In this document: in pieces, positions 36,601 through 50,000 of the stretch
How the letters are laid out: each line of letters starts with the position of its first letter
How positions within the stretch are numbered: position 1 is the first letter of the stretch
DNA from: Lama glama
Taxonomy: Eukaryota
DNA length: 64,000 nt
Assembly: GCA_028534125.1 (NCBI GenBank)
Contig: CM052838.1
Span: 65,968,001-66,032,000, forward strand
Direction of reading: 5' to 3'
Notes under the pieces: generated by a model
The model's database searches: none
What the model saw: only the letters and a program-made list of their open reading frames with translations
Told to the model about the DNA's origin: nothing
Position numbers and translations under genes: made by a program

Positions 36601-38731
36601 CTGGGGGCAGGAGAGGGACCAGCCTGGGGACCGAGACCTGGGCAGGCTCAGACCCTGCTCACCTGTTCTTCCGAAGGTGCAGGGTGTAGTTGTGCCCTCG
36701 GGCCCCCAAGATATAGCTCACGCTCTCTGGGTACAGGCCCTGAGCCAGGGGAAAAGGGAGGAGTCCACGATGAAGGGCCCTGCCCCAGCCACGTTCACTT
36801 CAAAGCTGGGGGTGGCTGAGTCAGGCCAGTGGAAGGAGGTAGGGCCCAAGGCTGCACTGGAAGGGTCAAGGCAGCAGGGAGCTCCACCCAGAACCACACC
36901 GGGCCCCTCCAGGCTTACATCCCCCATATGTCCATGCAGGGAGAGTGACAACATCCTTTTTCCAGGAAGAAAGGGATGGGAGACAGCTTCTGACAGACAA
37001 CCCTAGAACCAAGGCAGCAGAGGTGTGGGGCGGGGCCGTCCCTCCTACAGCAGGTGAGCTTTCGACCTTGGGCCCAATTTGAGGGGCGCTCCTGCCAGCT
37101 GCTGGCCCCTTGGGACAGTGTGTGCCATGTCACAGGGTAGGCTGAGGGCCCAGGTGGCAGGCGGCTCTTCTGCACTGAGGTCAGGATGGGGNNNNNNNNN
37201 NNNNNNNNNNNNNNNNNNNNNNNNNNNNNNNNNNNNNNNNNNNNNNNNNNNNNNNNNNNNNNNNNNNNNNNNNNNNNNNNNNNNNNNNNNNNNNNNNNNN
37301 NNNNNNNNNNNNNNNNNNNNNNNNNNNNNNNNNNNNNNNNNNNNNNNNNTGCGCACTTGACGCAGGAATGCCCCCGGGCAGCCCCGGGGAATCCCCGCCC
37401 CAGATGTCCGAGAAAGGTGTAATGCTACACGCCCTGGGGAGCCACCCCCTCCCATCTAAGAGGAATCTGACTTATCGCTGGAGTGAAACTGAGGAGTGGC
37501 CCAACCAGCGTGGTTCCTGAAAGGAAGACAGGGCGGCTGCAGTGGGTGCCACCCCACGCAGGGTGTGCGTGAGGCCGAGGACGGAAGGTGAGGCCTGGGG
37601 GAAGGGGGTGGCTTGGACAGAGACCGCCCAAGTGGGCTGAGCCCCCTCCATGGTTTGCCCCAAATCCAGAAGTCCACCTGGCCCTCAGCACCAAAGGCCA
37701 CCCTCCACATCGGGCTGGGCTATCATCTCACTCTCAGAAGGAAACTGGCTCAGAGGGATGGGGTGAGCGAGGTGGGGAACCCCAGGCCAGCTTCCTGTCG
37801 AGACTTACCAAGTGGGAGGGCAGGGCTCGGCGGGTGCGGGTTCCTGGCAGGCGCCGGGGCTGCACCACCTCGTACTGCTCCACGTGGGGCAGAGCGGCCC
37901 TGGGGGCGACCACTGCGGGAGAGCCCCCGGCGTGAGCAGGCGCACGGGCACTCTCTGGCCCTGGGGCTCCCTCCCCACAAGGAATCGCCTGGAAACTCTG
38001 AGGTCTGAGGTCGAGCTCCCAAGCCCAAGTAGGAGCTCAGCATTAAAAAGACCATCGGACCCCCACCCTGGGTGAAGCCAGGCAGACTTGTGCCTGGCAG
38101 TGCCCAGGGATCCTGCCCGGCGCCAGCCCTTCCAGGGGCCCACCAGGCTGCCCCCGGTGCTCAGGGTGGCCCAGACATCTTGCTCAGGAACTGAGGATGC
38201 GCACTGGCCCCGGAGGGGGCGGGTCTGCCCACCCAGCACCTGTGGTTTATACTTCTCAACTAACCACAGAACTGCCTTGAGCTGGGACCTGGCAGCCCCC
38301 ACCCCTGCCTGCAGGCAGCTCACCTAGCCCAGACCTGGAAGTTGTCCCACAGCCCCAGGCCGTTGGTCCTCAGTCCTCTCTTCCCTGCCAGGCTGGGGGA
38401 TCCCAGTGAGGGTGGGCTATCTCCCCAGGGCCCCAGGATGGAGGGGAAGCGGCAGGGTCCTCCACCCTGCTGTGTCCCTGCCCCAGCCCCCACCTCCAGC
38501 GCAGGAAGTGCCAGGTGCCGGTTCTCAACAGTTCCCTTTTGAAGGTTCTGTGTCCGCTGCCCAGGGCCTCTCCGCTGAGTGACCACCTCTGCTCCTCCTG
38601 ATTCCCAGATATCAGCCCTGAGCCCCGTGGGGGACACAGAAGGCCAAGTGGCCGAACCAGCCAGAGTGGGATGCGCATCACTCACCCTGCAGCCACAGCA
38701 CACTGAGCAGCAGGAGCCCGAGGCCGTGCAT
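27685..38731 (-). CDS. ADAM8: ADAM metallopeptidase domain 8 (CD156a), 24 coding exons, 837 aa
   Basis: Exons: 38731-38686, 37912-37809, 36739-36663, 36490-36412, 36319-36243, 35972-35789, 35569-35507, 35432-35364, 35032-34863, 34769-34688, 34375-34227, 34142-33965, 33728-33639, 33541-33352, 33257-33176, 32879-32717, 32326-32249, 31657-31573, 30928-30814, 30273-30087, 29681-29616, 29435-29385, 28121-28044, 27735-27685; total 2514 nt, open frame. Signal peptide [15 protein letters not shown], zinc motif [12 protein letters not shown], Met-turn CIM, disintegrin [13 protein letters not shown]-like domain, TM helix, proline-rich tail ending [11 protein letters not shown]. Confidence 0.97.
28730..28800 (+). 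mobile_element. LINE-1 (L1M-type) 3' terminus fragment
   Basis: TATTTTTGTAACTTTAATGTAAGTCTAAAATTACTTCAAAGTAAAAAGTTAAAAA resembles an L1M 3' end. Confidence 0.6.
37192..37349. other. Assembly gap (158 N) in ADAM8 intron 2
   Basis: Run of N. Confidence 1.
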
Positions 38732-38859
38732 GATGGGGTGGTGGTGGGGGTAGTGCGGGCGATTGCCCAGGGGTCCGGGTTGGAAGTTCGGAGCTCCGGG
38801 GACACCGCGCGTGGGGAGACGCAGCTCCGTGTTCAGACTGAGTTTGGTCCTGCGCTCAG

Positions 38860-39080
38860 CTAGATTTATTCCCGCGCGCCCCGCCCAGCAACCAGACCCT
38901 GGCCCGCAGCCAATCAGCCCCTCAGAAGCCGGGAGGGGCGGGGCCTGGCCATGAGTGGGCGGGGCCAACACCCCTCCACAGGTCCTCTGGGGGCTCCTGG
39001 ACAGTGTCAGGTATCCAGTGTCCAGCACACGGAAGCTTCATACATCTGCTCTGAATGAACGCAGGGGGAAGTGGACAGAC
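38860..39080 (-). promoter_or_regulatory. ADAM8 proximal promoter
   Basis: Minus-strand AATAAAT TATA-like element near 38864-38870, GC boxes, CCAAT near 38910, PU.1/ETS-type GGGGAAGTG near 39065. Confidence 0.5.
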
Positions 39081-41016
39081 TAACCCGGGGCACTCCTGCA
39101 ACTCTGCATCCCCATGCAGGCGAGGAAACGGGCTGGGGTGCTGGCCCTGCTGGGGGAGGGGAGGAGCATAAGTGACAGAAAGATTGTGTGTGGGGGAGGA
39201 GCCTCTGCCAGGGAGCAAGGTTTGGGAGGTGCACCTTGACTTACGGGGAACAGAAAGCTCCAGCTGTCTGTGGCCAGCCCTATGGGGTGGGTGCCCCTCC
39301 AGGCCCTGGGTCCTGCCTGCAGGCTCCTGAGGCCTCACTGGGGAGACTGAGCAGGGGGAGCACACAGGTGGGGCTCCAGGCCAGGTGCTGGGCAGCTCTG
39401 GGTCCCTACGGGTCAAGGCCTGCAGCTCCTGGCACAGCAACTGGATGCAGCCTGCCCGCTGGTGCCTCCCCTCGTTCCTGCCAGCCCTGGGTGGATGGGA
39501 CTGCCCTACTCTGGCCAGGGACCTGGGACCCGGGCCTTCTGCGGCTGAGCCGGCCAGTGGCACCCAAACCTTATTCTGGACGTGTTCTCTGGGATGGACA
39601 GTGGAGCATGTCAAAGTGTCAGGTAAAATGGAGTGGCACCCACAGCTGGTACCAGACCAGAGGTCACAGCTCAGCAGACCGTCATCTCCCATGAAGTGAA
39701 TGGCGAAAGAAACAAGGCAGGAGGAGCTCGCGCACACACGGCGTGTCTGGGGCAGGGGACAGGCCCTGGGGCCAGAGCGAGCAGGGCACAGGCAGCACCT
39801 GTCCCCGAGCTCACGCAGCCGTACAACCAGGCACACAAGCCACCCAAAATCCCTGACAAGTTTATTTCTCTTCCTTGGTCACACACTGCACGTCATCTGA
39901 TAGCAGAAGTTCAAAGGCAGCATGTCCCTATTTGGGCAAAAACACCAGCCACTGGGACTGTGCACTGACCACAATGCGCAGCTAACTAACAGGGACTCGG
40001 CAATGGCAGCCAGGACCTCCCTCGTCACAAGGACCCCCCCACCCAGCCTCCAGGATGCGCCCCTCCGCCACCACCACCTGCAACTGGAGGTGTCTGGGGA
40101 CAGGGACCCCGGGGTCTGGGCCTCGGGGCTGGGCAGGAGGGCCAGCAGCTGGCTCTGGTCAGCCCCCGTGTTGCACAAGCCAGGACTGTGGCAACTGGGG
40201 TTGTAAACTTGTTTACGCACAGGTCATACTTGCCCACACTGTAGCTTAAAAGAGGAAGCAGCCTGTGGCAGGAGTCCAGCCACTCAGGGAGGGGTGCCCC
40301 CCTCCCTGGGAGAACCCCGTCATGCCACCTCATCTGCCCAGGGTCCACCTGGACAGAGCAGGGGTCAGAAGTGAATTTTGAAAATAACGTACGTGGAATT
40401 CAGCAGGAAGGGGCAGCTTGGCTGGGAGCGGAGCACATAGATGTTCAAGGCAGGTCACACTGGGACTGGCCATTCCCCCTACTGCCCGTCGAGGGGGCCG
40501 GACACGGCTGGGCCTAATGGACGGGGGCCTGGGCCTCAGCCGCAGCAGGGTAGCTCTTCCTCTGCTCTGCGGGCACCTGGGAGATGCACCCAGGCGGTTC
40601 CCGCTACAGGGCGTGGGCCATGCTGCCCTCTGCTGCCTGGTGCAAGCCAGCCGGCTGGAGGGGCCAGGCTGACCCCGGGAGCCCATCCCCCAGTCACACC
40701 GACAGGTGGGGACACAAGGCCCACACCTCCCCCACATGGCATCTTGGTGACTGTCCTGATGTTGCCCAAAAGCCATGTGTTTTTACTTTATCTTATTTGA
40801 GACCAACACACTCTTCAGGGTGACTTCAACTCAGGAGAGCACGCAGGAGAGCAGACCTCTGTCTGGGATTGTGAACCAAGAGATGGGAGCTGAGCGCAGG
40901 TGACTGCAGGCTTTATGTTTAAGCAGAACCCGGGGCACATGCGACCCAGGAACGTCTGGGGAAAACCTCCAAACCCATTCGCTCACGCCACTGGGGCTGT
41001 GGTGCTGCGGCTGGCC

Positions 41017-44000
41017 TCACTGCGCAGTGACCGCGATCCTGGGCGTTGGAGCCGGGGGCCCCCGTGGCAAGGGCGCTGCGGGGGCCGCCTTCTGGCTCCT
41101 CTCTGCGGACAGGCGCTCCAGCCGCTCGGTGTAGAAGCCGTTGAAGTCAAGCCTGTGGGGGAAAGCAGGCTGTGTCCCTGCAGACGCCCCCAGGTCGGGG
41201 TGGAGATTCCTCCCTCAGTGGCCCTGCAGGTGACCCTCCTTTCCCCACCACAGTGAAGGGCTGGCTCCGCCCTGGACAGGAGGGCGCTCAGTCACCAGCA
41301 CACAAACACGGCCCCAGGCTCCACACAGCCTTCACCTGCAACACGGAGACTGAACTTACACACTTGGGGAAACTAAAGGCAAGACAAACATCTCCAGCCC
41401 CTGGACGTCGGGGCTCCCTGAACCCTGGTGCCCAGGACATCGGGACGCCTGTGGGTGGAACAGGGCAGTCCCAATGTCTGGCTCTACCTAAGGCCACCCA
41501 ACAGGAGCCTTCCCAGGGAACGATCGCCCCCCGACCTCCACCCAGTGAGCAGGCCCATCACCTCCGCTCTGAGGAGCTGTGCACCCAGGGTCCTTGGGGC
41601 AACAGAAACCTGCCAGCCCCAGAACCATCAGCCGCACCGATCAGCCCGCTGATCACCACGCACCCGTCCTCACCACTTCTGCACAGCCCTACCCAGGGTT
41701 CCTCCCAGATTCCTCTGCCTCCTGCACACGGGCTGCCCCGGGCTCCCCAGATGTGTACCCCAGGACTGCAGCATCATGGCCCTTGAGGTGCTGGCCTGAG
41801 AGGTGTGGCCAGACCCCCACACCCAACATGGAAGGCTGAGTGAGCACTGCCCTGACCCTTACTGACCCTCCCAGCGATCTCCTGACCAGCCGACATCGGG
41901 AGGACAGCACCTCCCACTGTTCACCTAGCGAGGGTGATGGCCAGGGCTGGGGCCCAAGGGGCCTGGGCAGCATCCTGGGTCCTGGCTGGGGTGAGACACA
42001 CAAACTAGGGGTGCTGACGGGGTGGCCTGACTTGTACTGGTCAACACACACAGGACACACCTGTGAACACACACAGACTGTCTCTCCAGCGAATGACAAG
42101 TGACCAGCAGCAGCATGACAAAGCCAAGGACAGCATCCTTGGCAGAGTAGACACGGCCTCAGTCACACCTCAGTGATGGTGAGAGGACGTGGCGGGGCAG
42201 GGAGCAGACTTGGGCGTGGGCCCTGCGGTCACTGTGTGTGGTAGAAAGGGGGCCACCCTTTCCGCGGGGCTGGAGGCAGCGACACCCACCTGGAGATGAC
42301 GCTGGCCATGCCGTGCTCGCAGTCACTGGTGCTGTAGAGGCTCAGCTGGGCCAGGAGGTCCAGCAGATGGGCCGAGAAATTCTGGTCAAACTTACTGATG
42401 GTGGCCTCGAAGCTGGAGGCCAGCTGCGGCGTGTCCACATGCTCGGCCAGGCACTGCAAGACACAGAAGCCCTCCTGCTGCTCATCCTCCCTTCTTTTCT
42501 CTCTTTCTTTCAAATAGGAGAATATGTCTCGGGAAGTTTTCAGGTGACAAGAGATAGAGGATCAGGGCACCGTGAAAACTCGAGACAGCAGGATGCAGAG
42601 ACACAGTCCGGGCAGCAGGCCCGCGGATGTCTGTGGACGGCAAGTTTCTCCCTGTAGCTCAGATTCTCAAGCCGACGGTGTTGTCTCCTGGCCACCGCTC
42701 AGCACAGAGCACAGAGAAGGGAACCCAGAGTGCCTGCCTGGGCTCACCTCCCCACTCCCTGCTGACCACCTGACCCTCCTGGTTACGGAAAAACTCCAGT
42801 CACCGTGACTGCAGGGCCCGCAGCCCCGAGCCTCCGCAGGTGGCACCCTGGCTCAGCCCCACAGCACCACTCTGGTAACGTGGCCTCGCTCTGGGCATAG
42901 AGGACTGAGGTTTACATGAAGCGGTGGGGAGATACTCTGGTTTGTGTTTGGAACCTAATTTAAGATGATCTTTATTTTACTCAGAGGGAAGCCAGGAATG
43001 GAAGGATGGCAGTGGATCAGGTCTGAGTGCTGCGACCCTAATGGTGTCAGATCTGAGCGGGAACAGGAGGGTCTCCGAAACAAACTGAAAGGCCACTTAC
43101 CTTGCGGGCAAGCTCCCTGCGGGCGCGCTCCTCTGGGTGCTCAGCCTCCTCCACGGGCGGCCCCGGCACCGTGCTGCGCTCCAGCGCCAGGCCGCCCAGC
43201 TCACTGTCCACCTTCATGCTCTGCGTGAATCTCTTGGGGGTCAGGAAGAAATGTGCGCCAACTATGACCACTCAACTCCAAGGGAAACGCTGCCCCCGTG
43301 CGTCCGGGACAGGCTCTGCAGGACTCAGGTCACATGCTCATGGCCTGCCGCCGCCCACCCAACTGGAGCCCCCAAGGTCCCAAGCCCCGACCCCAGTGGG
43401 CGCACCTGCATGCAGTTGGTGAACATGACGCACACGGACATGAGCTTGGAGAAGGCCCTGAGCAGCGCGGGGGTGGTCAGCATGCAGTCCTTCAGACAGC
43501 TGTCCAGGAAGCCCGCGTGGTGCCCCAGCACATCGTCGATGTTGGAGGCCTGGGCAGCGGACACCGGCCTTTTCTCAGAATGACTGTGCCAGGCACAGCC
43601 CCGTGCACAAATCTTCCCAGGGTCTTTGCAGGAAGACTTCAAAATACCGCTAAGAGCACACACCAAATGTGCCCCCCAAAGCGCCAAGCTTTTTAAGAGA
43701 GAAAACACAGAAGTGCTCTGTGCCCTTCCCACTCCTAGAACTTGGGGCGTGAACCCTGTGGCTGGCAGCCCTGGACAGGAGCGTTGGCCCAGCTGTGAGG
43801 CCCCATGGGAACACACGTGCTCCTCCGGCAGCCGGACTCCTAGTGGCCCTAAACCCTGGTCACCCTGGAGGGAACCCCCCATGGCCACCTCTCCTGACGA
43901 TGCTCTGGTGGCGTCTCAGGAGCTGTGGGGTCAGCCCCTCCCTGGCACCTGACCTGCTCCCTGTCTGCAGACACTACTAAGTGCCATTATGAGGAGGCCA

Positions 44001-47000
44001 AACTCACGGACTTCAGGTTTTTCTCCAGGACGTGCCAGGTCGGCTCCATCACCTCGAACATCATGTAGTACTGGATGTTCTGGACGAAGTTGAGCATCCG
44101 CTGCCGCAGCGTGAAGGCACCAGCGAACCTGCGCGAGGGTGCAGGTCACAGACGCACAGCCGCAGCCCCTGTGCCTGAGGGTCCACCCCCGCCCCCCTGC
44201 CGAATATGCGACGCATCGTCAGGGACCACCCCGCCCTGTGTGTGCAGTGTCGTCAGGGACCACCCCCACTGAGTGGGGTGCGTTGTCAGGGTCCACCCCC
44301 TCCCCAACAGTTCCCACCACTGAGCGGCGGTGGCTCACAAGGGCTCGGCCACTCCACTAGCCAAGCACCCAGCCATCCTGTGCAGCAGGAAAGGTCCTAA
44401 ATTAGAAGCTGTGAACACGCATCCCCAGATCTCTGTCTTCAGGCTATGGAGAGGGTGCAGCTCTGCCCTGTGGGAACCCTGGGAGCAGACAGGACGTACC
44501 ACTTGGCAGAGTGCAGAGAGCATTGCTTGGCGGCTTTGTTGCTGATCCAAACGTTGCAGAGCTGCCGCTCCACGTGCTTGCAGTAGAACATGTGTCTGAA
44601 GAGCATCTGATAGCGCGTCAGGGCCTTCCTACCAGGAGGGAAAAGGCAGCGGCATCTGACTGACGCCGCTGGTCGTCGATGGTGCCAGACATCGTCTGAG
44701 AGGCTCACAGTATGGAGCATGCCCTAGGTGGCCAGTAACCCCGAGGGGCACAATCAGACGTGGAGACCCTGCCGCCCACCTGTTGATGATCAGAGACAGG
44801 GGCCACTTCACCACGTAGTCGAAGGAGAAGGCCTCCAGGCCGGTCAGCGAGAGCTCAGTGGGGTCGGCATGGACCATGGCCTTCTCCTGCTTGGTCTCGA
44901 TGGCCAGAACCCGCAGAAGCTGGGTGATGAGGTCATGAGGCATCAGGTCAATCTTGGGGACAGAGAAATGGAAAAGCATCAGGTCCTGACCCCTACCCAA
45001 CCCTGCATCACAAACTAGAAAAGCAGACTCTCAATCTTGGAGGCTGGTTTAAAACACCAAACATCTACTGATAAACCCTAATGAAGAAATTAAACCACCT
45101 CCCGCCGAAGTGGAAAAAGCAGAGCACAGAGGAATCACTCTGAAAACACCCCTGACGGTAAAGTGCGGCGCGAGGGATGGCTGGAAACCTTCCACCGCCA
45201 GCACACAGGCCCAGGCCATGGTGAGGGCGGTGCAGTTGTTCTCGGCAGGGCGCGCTGTCCACACGTCACTCTGTTCAAATACTCACGAGGGCCACTGACA
45301 CACCAGACAGCAGGATGATTCCCACAAACTGATGAAGAGCGAGAGGATGGAGGATGGCAGTTGACAGGAGAGGAAACAGAATCAGCAGGTGACACCCTCC
45401 CATCACATGCCACAGAAATGGACACCAAACAGCTGTGCCTCTCACGTCAGGCCCACCCAGTGGCAGCCCTGAGTGCCCGGGACCCAGTGCCAGTGCCGTC
45501 AGTCCAGCCATGCGCTGGCCAGGCGCATCCATCCGAGAACCTGGCCTCCAGGACTTTATCCTATGAAAACACGCTTTTGCCTCACCATAGGAAGCAAGGA
45601 CTGGCAGAACTGAGAGAGCTGAGCCTGACACCCCACTGTCCACACCACAGCCAGCCAACAGAAGAGGGAAGAGAGGACCCGAACATGGCGAGCCAGCACC
45701 ACGAGACCTGCCCCTCGTGCACAGAGCCCTCTCCAGGACGGGCCACAGAGCAAGGCCTTGGTGATGTTTACAAAGCTGAAACACGAAGTGCCCTCTGACT
45801 ACAGTGGGGTGACGTCAGAAATCAGTAACAGGGGAAAACAGAATATTCACGAATCGTGAAAGGTGGATGCTCTTAAAAACAAATGGGTCAAGGAAGAAAT
45901 CATAATGGAAACTGGAGGACACCTTGAGCCAGACGGAAATGGGAACACTGTCACCAAAACTGCCAGGCGCAGTAGATCAAAGCTCAGAGGGAAATTCACA
46001 GCAGCAGAAAGAATCACATCAAGCCGACAACCCAGCTTAACCATCCAGGAAACCGGAAAACGAGCAAATGACCCAAAGCAGAAGGAAGAAAACAACAATC
46101 AGAGCAGGAAGAAACCAGAGACGAGAGAAACAACACGGAAAACCGAGGAAACCATCAGGCTGGGTCTCTGCAAAACCAACCAAGCTGACAAGTTTTTAGG
46201 TGTATTCGTCTGCACAAGAAAGAAGACTCCAATGACTAAAATCAGAAATGGCAGTGCCAACCTTACAGAAACAGATGAGCTCACGAGAACTCATTCCTAC
46301 ACAAATTCCTGCAGACACTTAAGTCACCAAAACTGACTCAAGCAGAAGCAGAGATGGGAGCAGACCTGGAGCAGGGAGGAGACAGAGGAAACCACAGACC
46401 CTCTGGACAAGAAAAGCCTCGCTGGCGAGTTCTACCCAACACTCCAGGGAGAATTAACACCGATCCTCCTGAAACGTCAAAAGACCAAAGAGGAGGGAAC
46501 ATTTCAGCTCAGCCTATGAGGCCAGAGACCCCACAAAGGACTAAGGCCAACACGCCTGCGGGACCAGACCTCGGACACGGGTGGTCCCGCAGCACACGAA
46601 AGGCTCACACCCCACGAGGCCTGGCCCCCACTGTGCTTCTGGAGCGCGGTGGGCAGCCCACCTTGAGGTCATCTTTGAAGGGGTCAGTGTTGGCGGTGCT
46701 CATGCGCAGGGCCAGCTCCAGCAGCGCCTCCAGGCGGGTGGGCGTGATGTCGTCCACCGGCTTCTTCAACTCCTCCTCCGTCAGGTCCATGAAGTGTACG
46801 AAGAAGTCGCCTTGGTCCATCAGGAAGTAGCGCTTGATGGACCTGCGAGCGGGCGAAGGTGAGAGTCCGCACCAGCAGGGCCCTGAATGCGAGAACAGCC
46901 TGGACTCGCAGAGGCTTCCCGCAACTGGGATGCGGGGTGACGAGGTGGGGCCACGTGGGCCTGGGAGGAGTGCCGGTGCCCACACCCGCCGGTGCCTGAG

Positions 47001-50000
47001 CTGAGACGTCTACAGGGGCCGAGGTGAAGTGCTCTCTTAGGTGGAGGCACAGGATCACTGCGCCGGGCTGTGCAGGAGGTGCTGCCAGAAAGGTGCGGGT
47101 GCTGCAGGTGGGGCTCCAGGAGGGCAGGGGGCCGAGGAGGGGGCTGGTGGCTCCAGACAGGAAGCTATGCCACCGTGGACAGAGTGACACGGGCAGACCC
47201 TGCCCTCGCCAGCCTCCAGTAGGACATCTCTGGGATGGCGGGTGTGAGGCCCACAGGCCTCTTCGGGCTGGATGCAGCCTGGCATGCGGCCTTGTTTAAA
47301 GTGACAAGTGATCTGTTGCGTCGGCGCCCGACCGCGGGCAGGCACCCAGGGGGACACACACCTCAGGTGAGCTACGAGCTCCTTCTCCTCCATCAGGAAG
47401 TCCAGCAGCACCTTGCTGGCATAGTTGAAGGCCTTCTCGATCTGCTCCACATATGCCCGCTCCTTCAGCGTGTAGATGACCTCCTTGGCCACTGGGCAGG
47501 TGACATCGTGACCACACTCTCTGACCACATTTAGGTATTTTCCTGGAAAAAGGAAAGCAAGTTTACATTCTAGACGCTCACGGCTAGTCGCAGGCCTGGA
47601 CCTGAGACAGTGCAGCCCAAATGCCGGCCCGGGGACAGGCCCAGGACTGACTGGGCAAGAATGGTCCTGGAACCGCCCCCACCCCACCGCCAGGGCACAG
47701 CGGCACAGCTGCCCCCGTCACGGGCTGACGCGGTGCTGTGGCCTCCCAGTCCAACCAGGGATGCTCGCTTGCCTCTGAGGGCTGGGCTGGGCCAGGGTTG
47801 GGAGGGTTTAGTCTGGCTCCGGTGAGGCTTTCTGAAGTGACTGCTGGGCTCTTGATGCAAAAGACCCAGCTCTGACGAGTCATGGGAGGTCACAGCACTG
47901 ACTGCGTCAGCCCATGACAGGGGCAGCGGTGCCGCTGTGCCCTGGGTGGGGCCGGGCCCCGGATCCGCGGGGACAGAAGCGCCTGGGCTCGGACCCCCAG
48001 GTGTCACCGGGGGGCCTCTCCGTGGGCTCTTCACCTGTGCCCCTTACGGTGTCCTTCGTGGTAAAGCAGGCATCTGGTAAGTGCAGCGCCTCCCTGAGTT
48101 CTGGAGGTCGTCACAGCAAACACCGGGCCTGCGGAGGGGTCCCGGGAACCCCACTTGGGCCCACGCTGGACAGAAGTGCTGGCGGCCTGGGACCCGATAC
48201 TTGTGACCAGTGTCTGCAGTGGGGGCAGTCCGGGGGACCGAGCCCTCAACCTGTGGGGCCTGCGCTGACCTGGGGAGTTAGTGTCAGAACTGGGCATCCA
48301 CAGGGAACTGGAGAGCTGGCTGCTGGTGTAGAAAACCCACATGTCTGGGGTCAGAGGAGTTGGGGGCAGAAAAGTTTTCCTTTAAGTGGTAACAGTTTTA
48401 GAAATTAAGCCACACAGCAACCGTGAGACAACCAGGGGCAGGGAGCACGCGCCCGCGAGCGCCCCGCTCACCTGTGCTGAGGACCTTGCCCGCCATCTTC
48501 TGCAGGAAGGAGGGGATCTGGCGCTGCACCACAGTGTACCGCTGGTCCCAGTACTTGTCGTTGTAGTCCTCTTGGATCTTCTCCTTCTGCAGCTCGTGCT
48601 CTTCCACCATGAACTCGCTGCAGAGCACAGGGGCCTGCTGGCTGCGGGGCTGTGCACAGCCAAGCAGCACAGCAGAGGCCGCCGTCCAGCCCGGCCTCGG
48701 TGCGGGGATTTCTCTGCTGCAAGGGGAGGTGCTCCTGCCAACCTCACTGTGGCCGGACACCCACCAGCCCAGGTGAGAGGACTTGGGGTCTGCAGGGCTG
48801 GGGGGCCACCCCCCTCACCCTCACCCCCTCCCATGGGGCCTCACGTTTCCCTCCATCTCAAATGGAGGCAATGAGACACTCCAGTCGGGTACGCGAGCCT
48901 TCACGTCAGGGGTCAGACGCCATCCATCCGCGTCACGACCGTGAAAGGGATTCCTTGCTAGGCCCTCACACTTGAGTTTGCTAGCTCGACCATTAGTAAA
49001 CTATTTCTGGCCAACGAATTCATCTTTTAAATATTTTGACAAACACACATCAACGTGGAATTCTTCGTGCACTGACACGCGTCAGGGTGACGAGGGGCCG
49101 CGGACGCGCCCAGGTGCCCCCAGCCCCACCTGTACGGGTCATTGATGACACCTCGGTAGATCCACTTCTCCAGGATTTCAAAGTAGGGCACGCTGGCGGC
49201 CTTGGTGAGGTACAGACACAGCTCCTGCGCCTGGCTGTCGCCTGTGTAGCTGAAGCTCCGGTCATGCAGGAGGCTCAGGGTCGACCCCCCGACACACTCG
49301 CCTTTATCCACCGAGGTGGCTGCTCAGAGGAGGTGGCGCTCAGTGCCGAGGGCCCAGCAGTCACCATGGCAGACAGAAGCCCCTCAGCTCACCTCCCACC
49401 TCCTTACACAGACAGGCTTTCTTTTGGGGATAAACACGAAGCCGCACTGCCTCTGCCTCCCTAGAGCAAGGGGCGGAGGATGGACATCCTGGCCATGTTG
49501 CCCCCACTGCCCCAGGGCCCTGGCTCTCCTCTCACCCAGGGAGGCCAGGATGTCCACGGTGCGCATGGCTGGCTGGACATAGAACCAGAGCTTCTGAAGG
49601 GACAGGAGGCCCTGCCTCTGCAGCTGCTCCAGCTGCGTGACCAGGATCAGGTACTCCTTCACCAGTGTTCTCATGGCAGCCGCCAAGGCGTGGTTCACCT
49701 GCCCATACTCGAAGGAAGACTTCTCTTCAATGAATCTGTGGGGAAAGGAAATAGTGAGCACCCCTGAGAGGGTGGGAGCTCGTCTCAGGAGGGAAGGTGG
49801 ACGACCGAAGCCCCCCTTGCCATCCTCAGGGCACTGTGGACACCTGTCTCCCTCGTGTGGCTCAGCGAGGTAGAGACTCTCCTCAGAAGAGGGCTGAGTG
49901 ACCTTGACGGGCACCTCTGGCGAGCCTGGCACCAACCTTGTCACGGTGGAGTAACTGGCGGCCACTGGGAGGATCCTGTTCACCAGCTCCCTGATGGACA

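Noticed and set aside
40912-40917. CATAAA (minus) as the TUBGCP2 poly(A) signal
   Set aside because: Plausible variant hexamer about 100 nt after the stop, but not supportable without 3'-end data
44175-44332. Repeat-spacer-like pattern suggestive of a CRISPR array
   Set aside because: Mammalian intron, degenerate repeats, related spacers and no cas genes; an ordinary minisatellite
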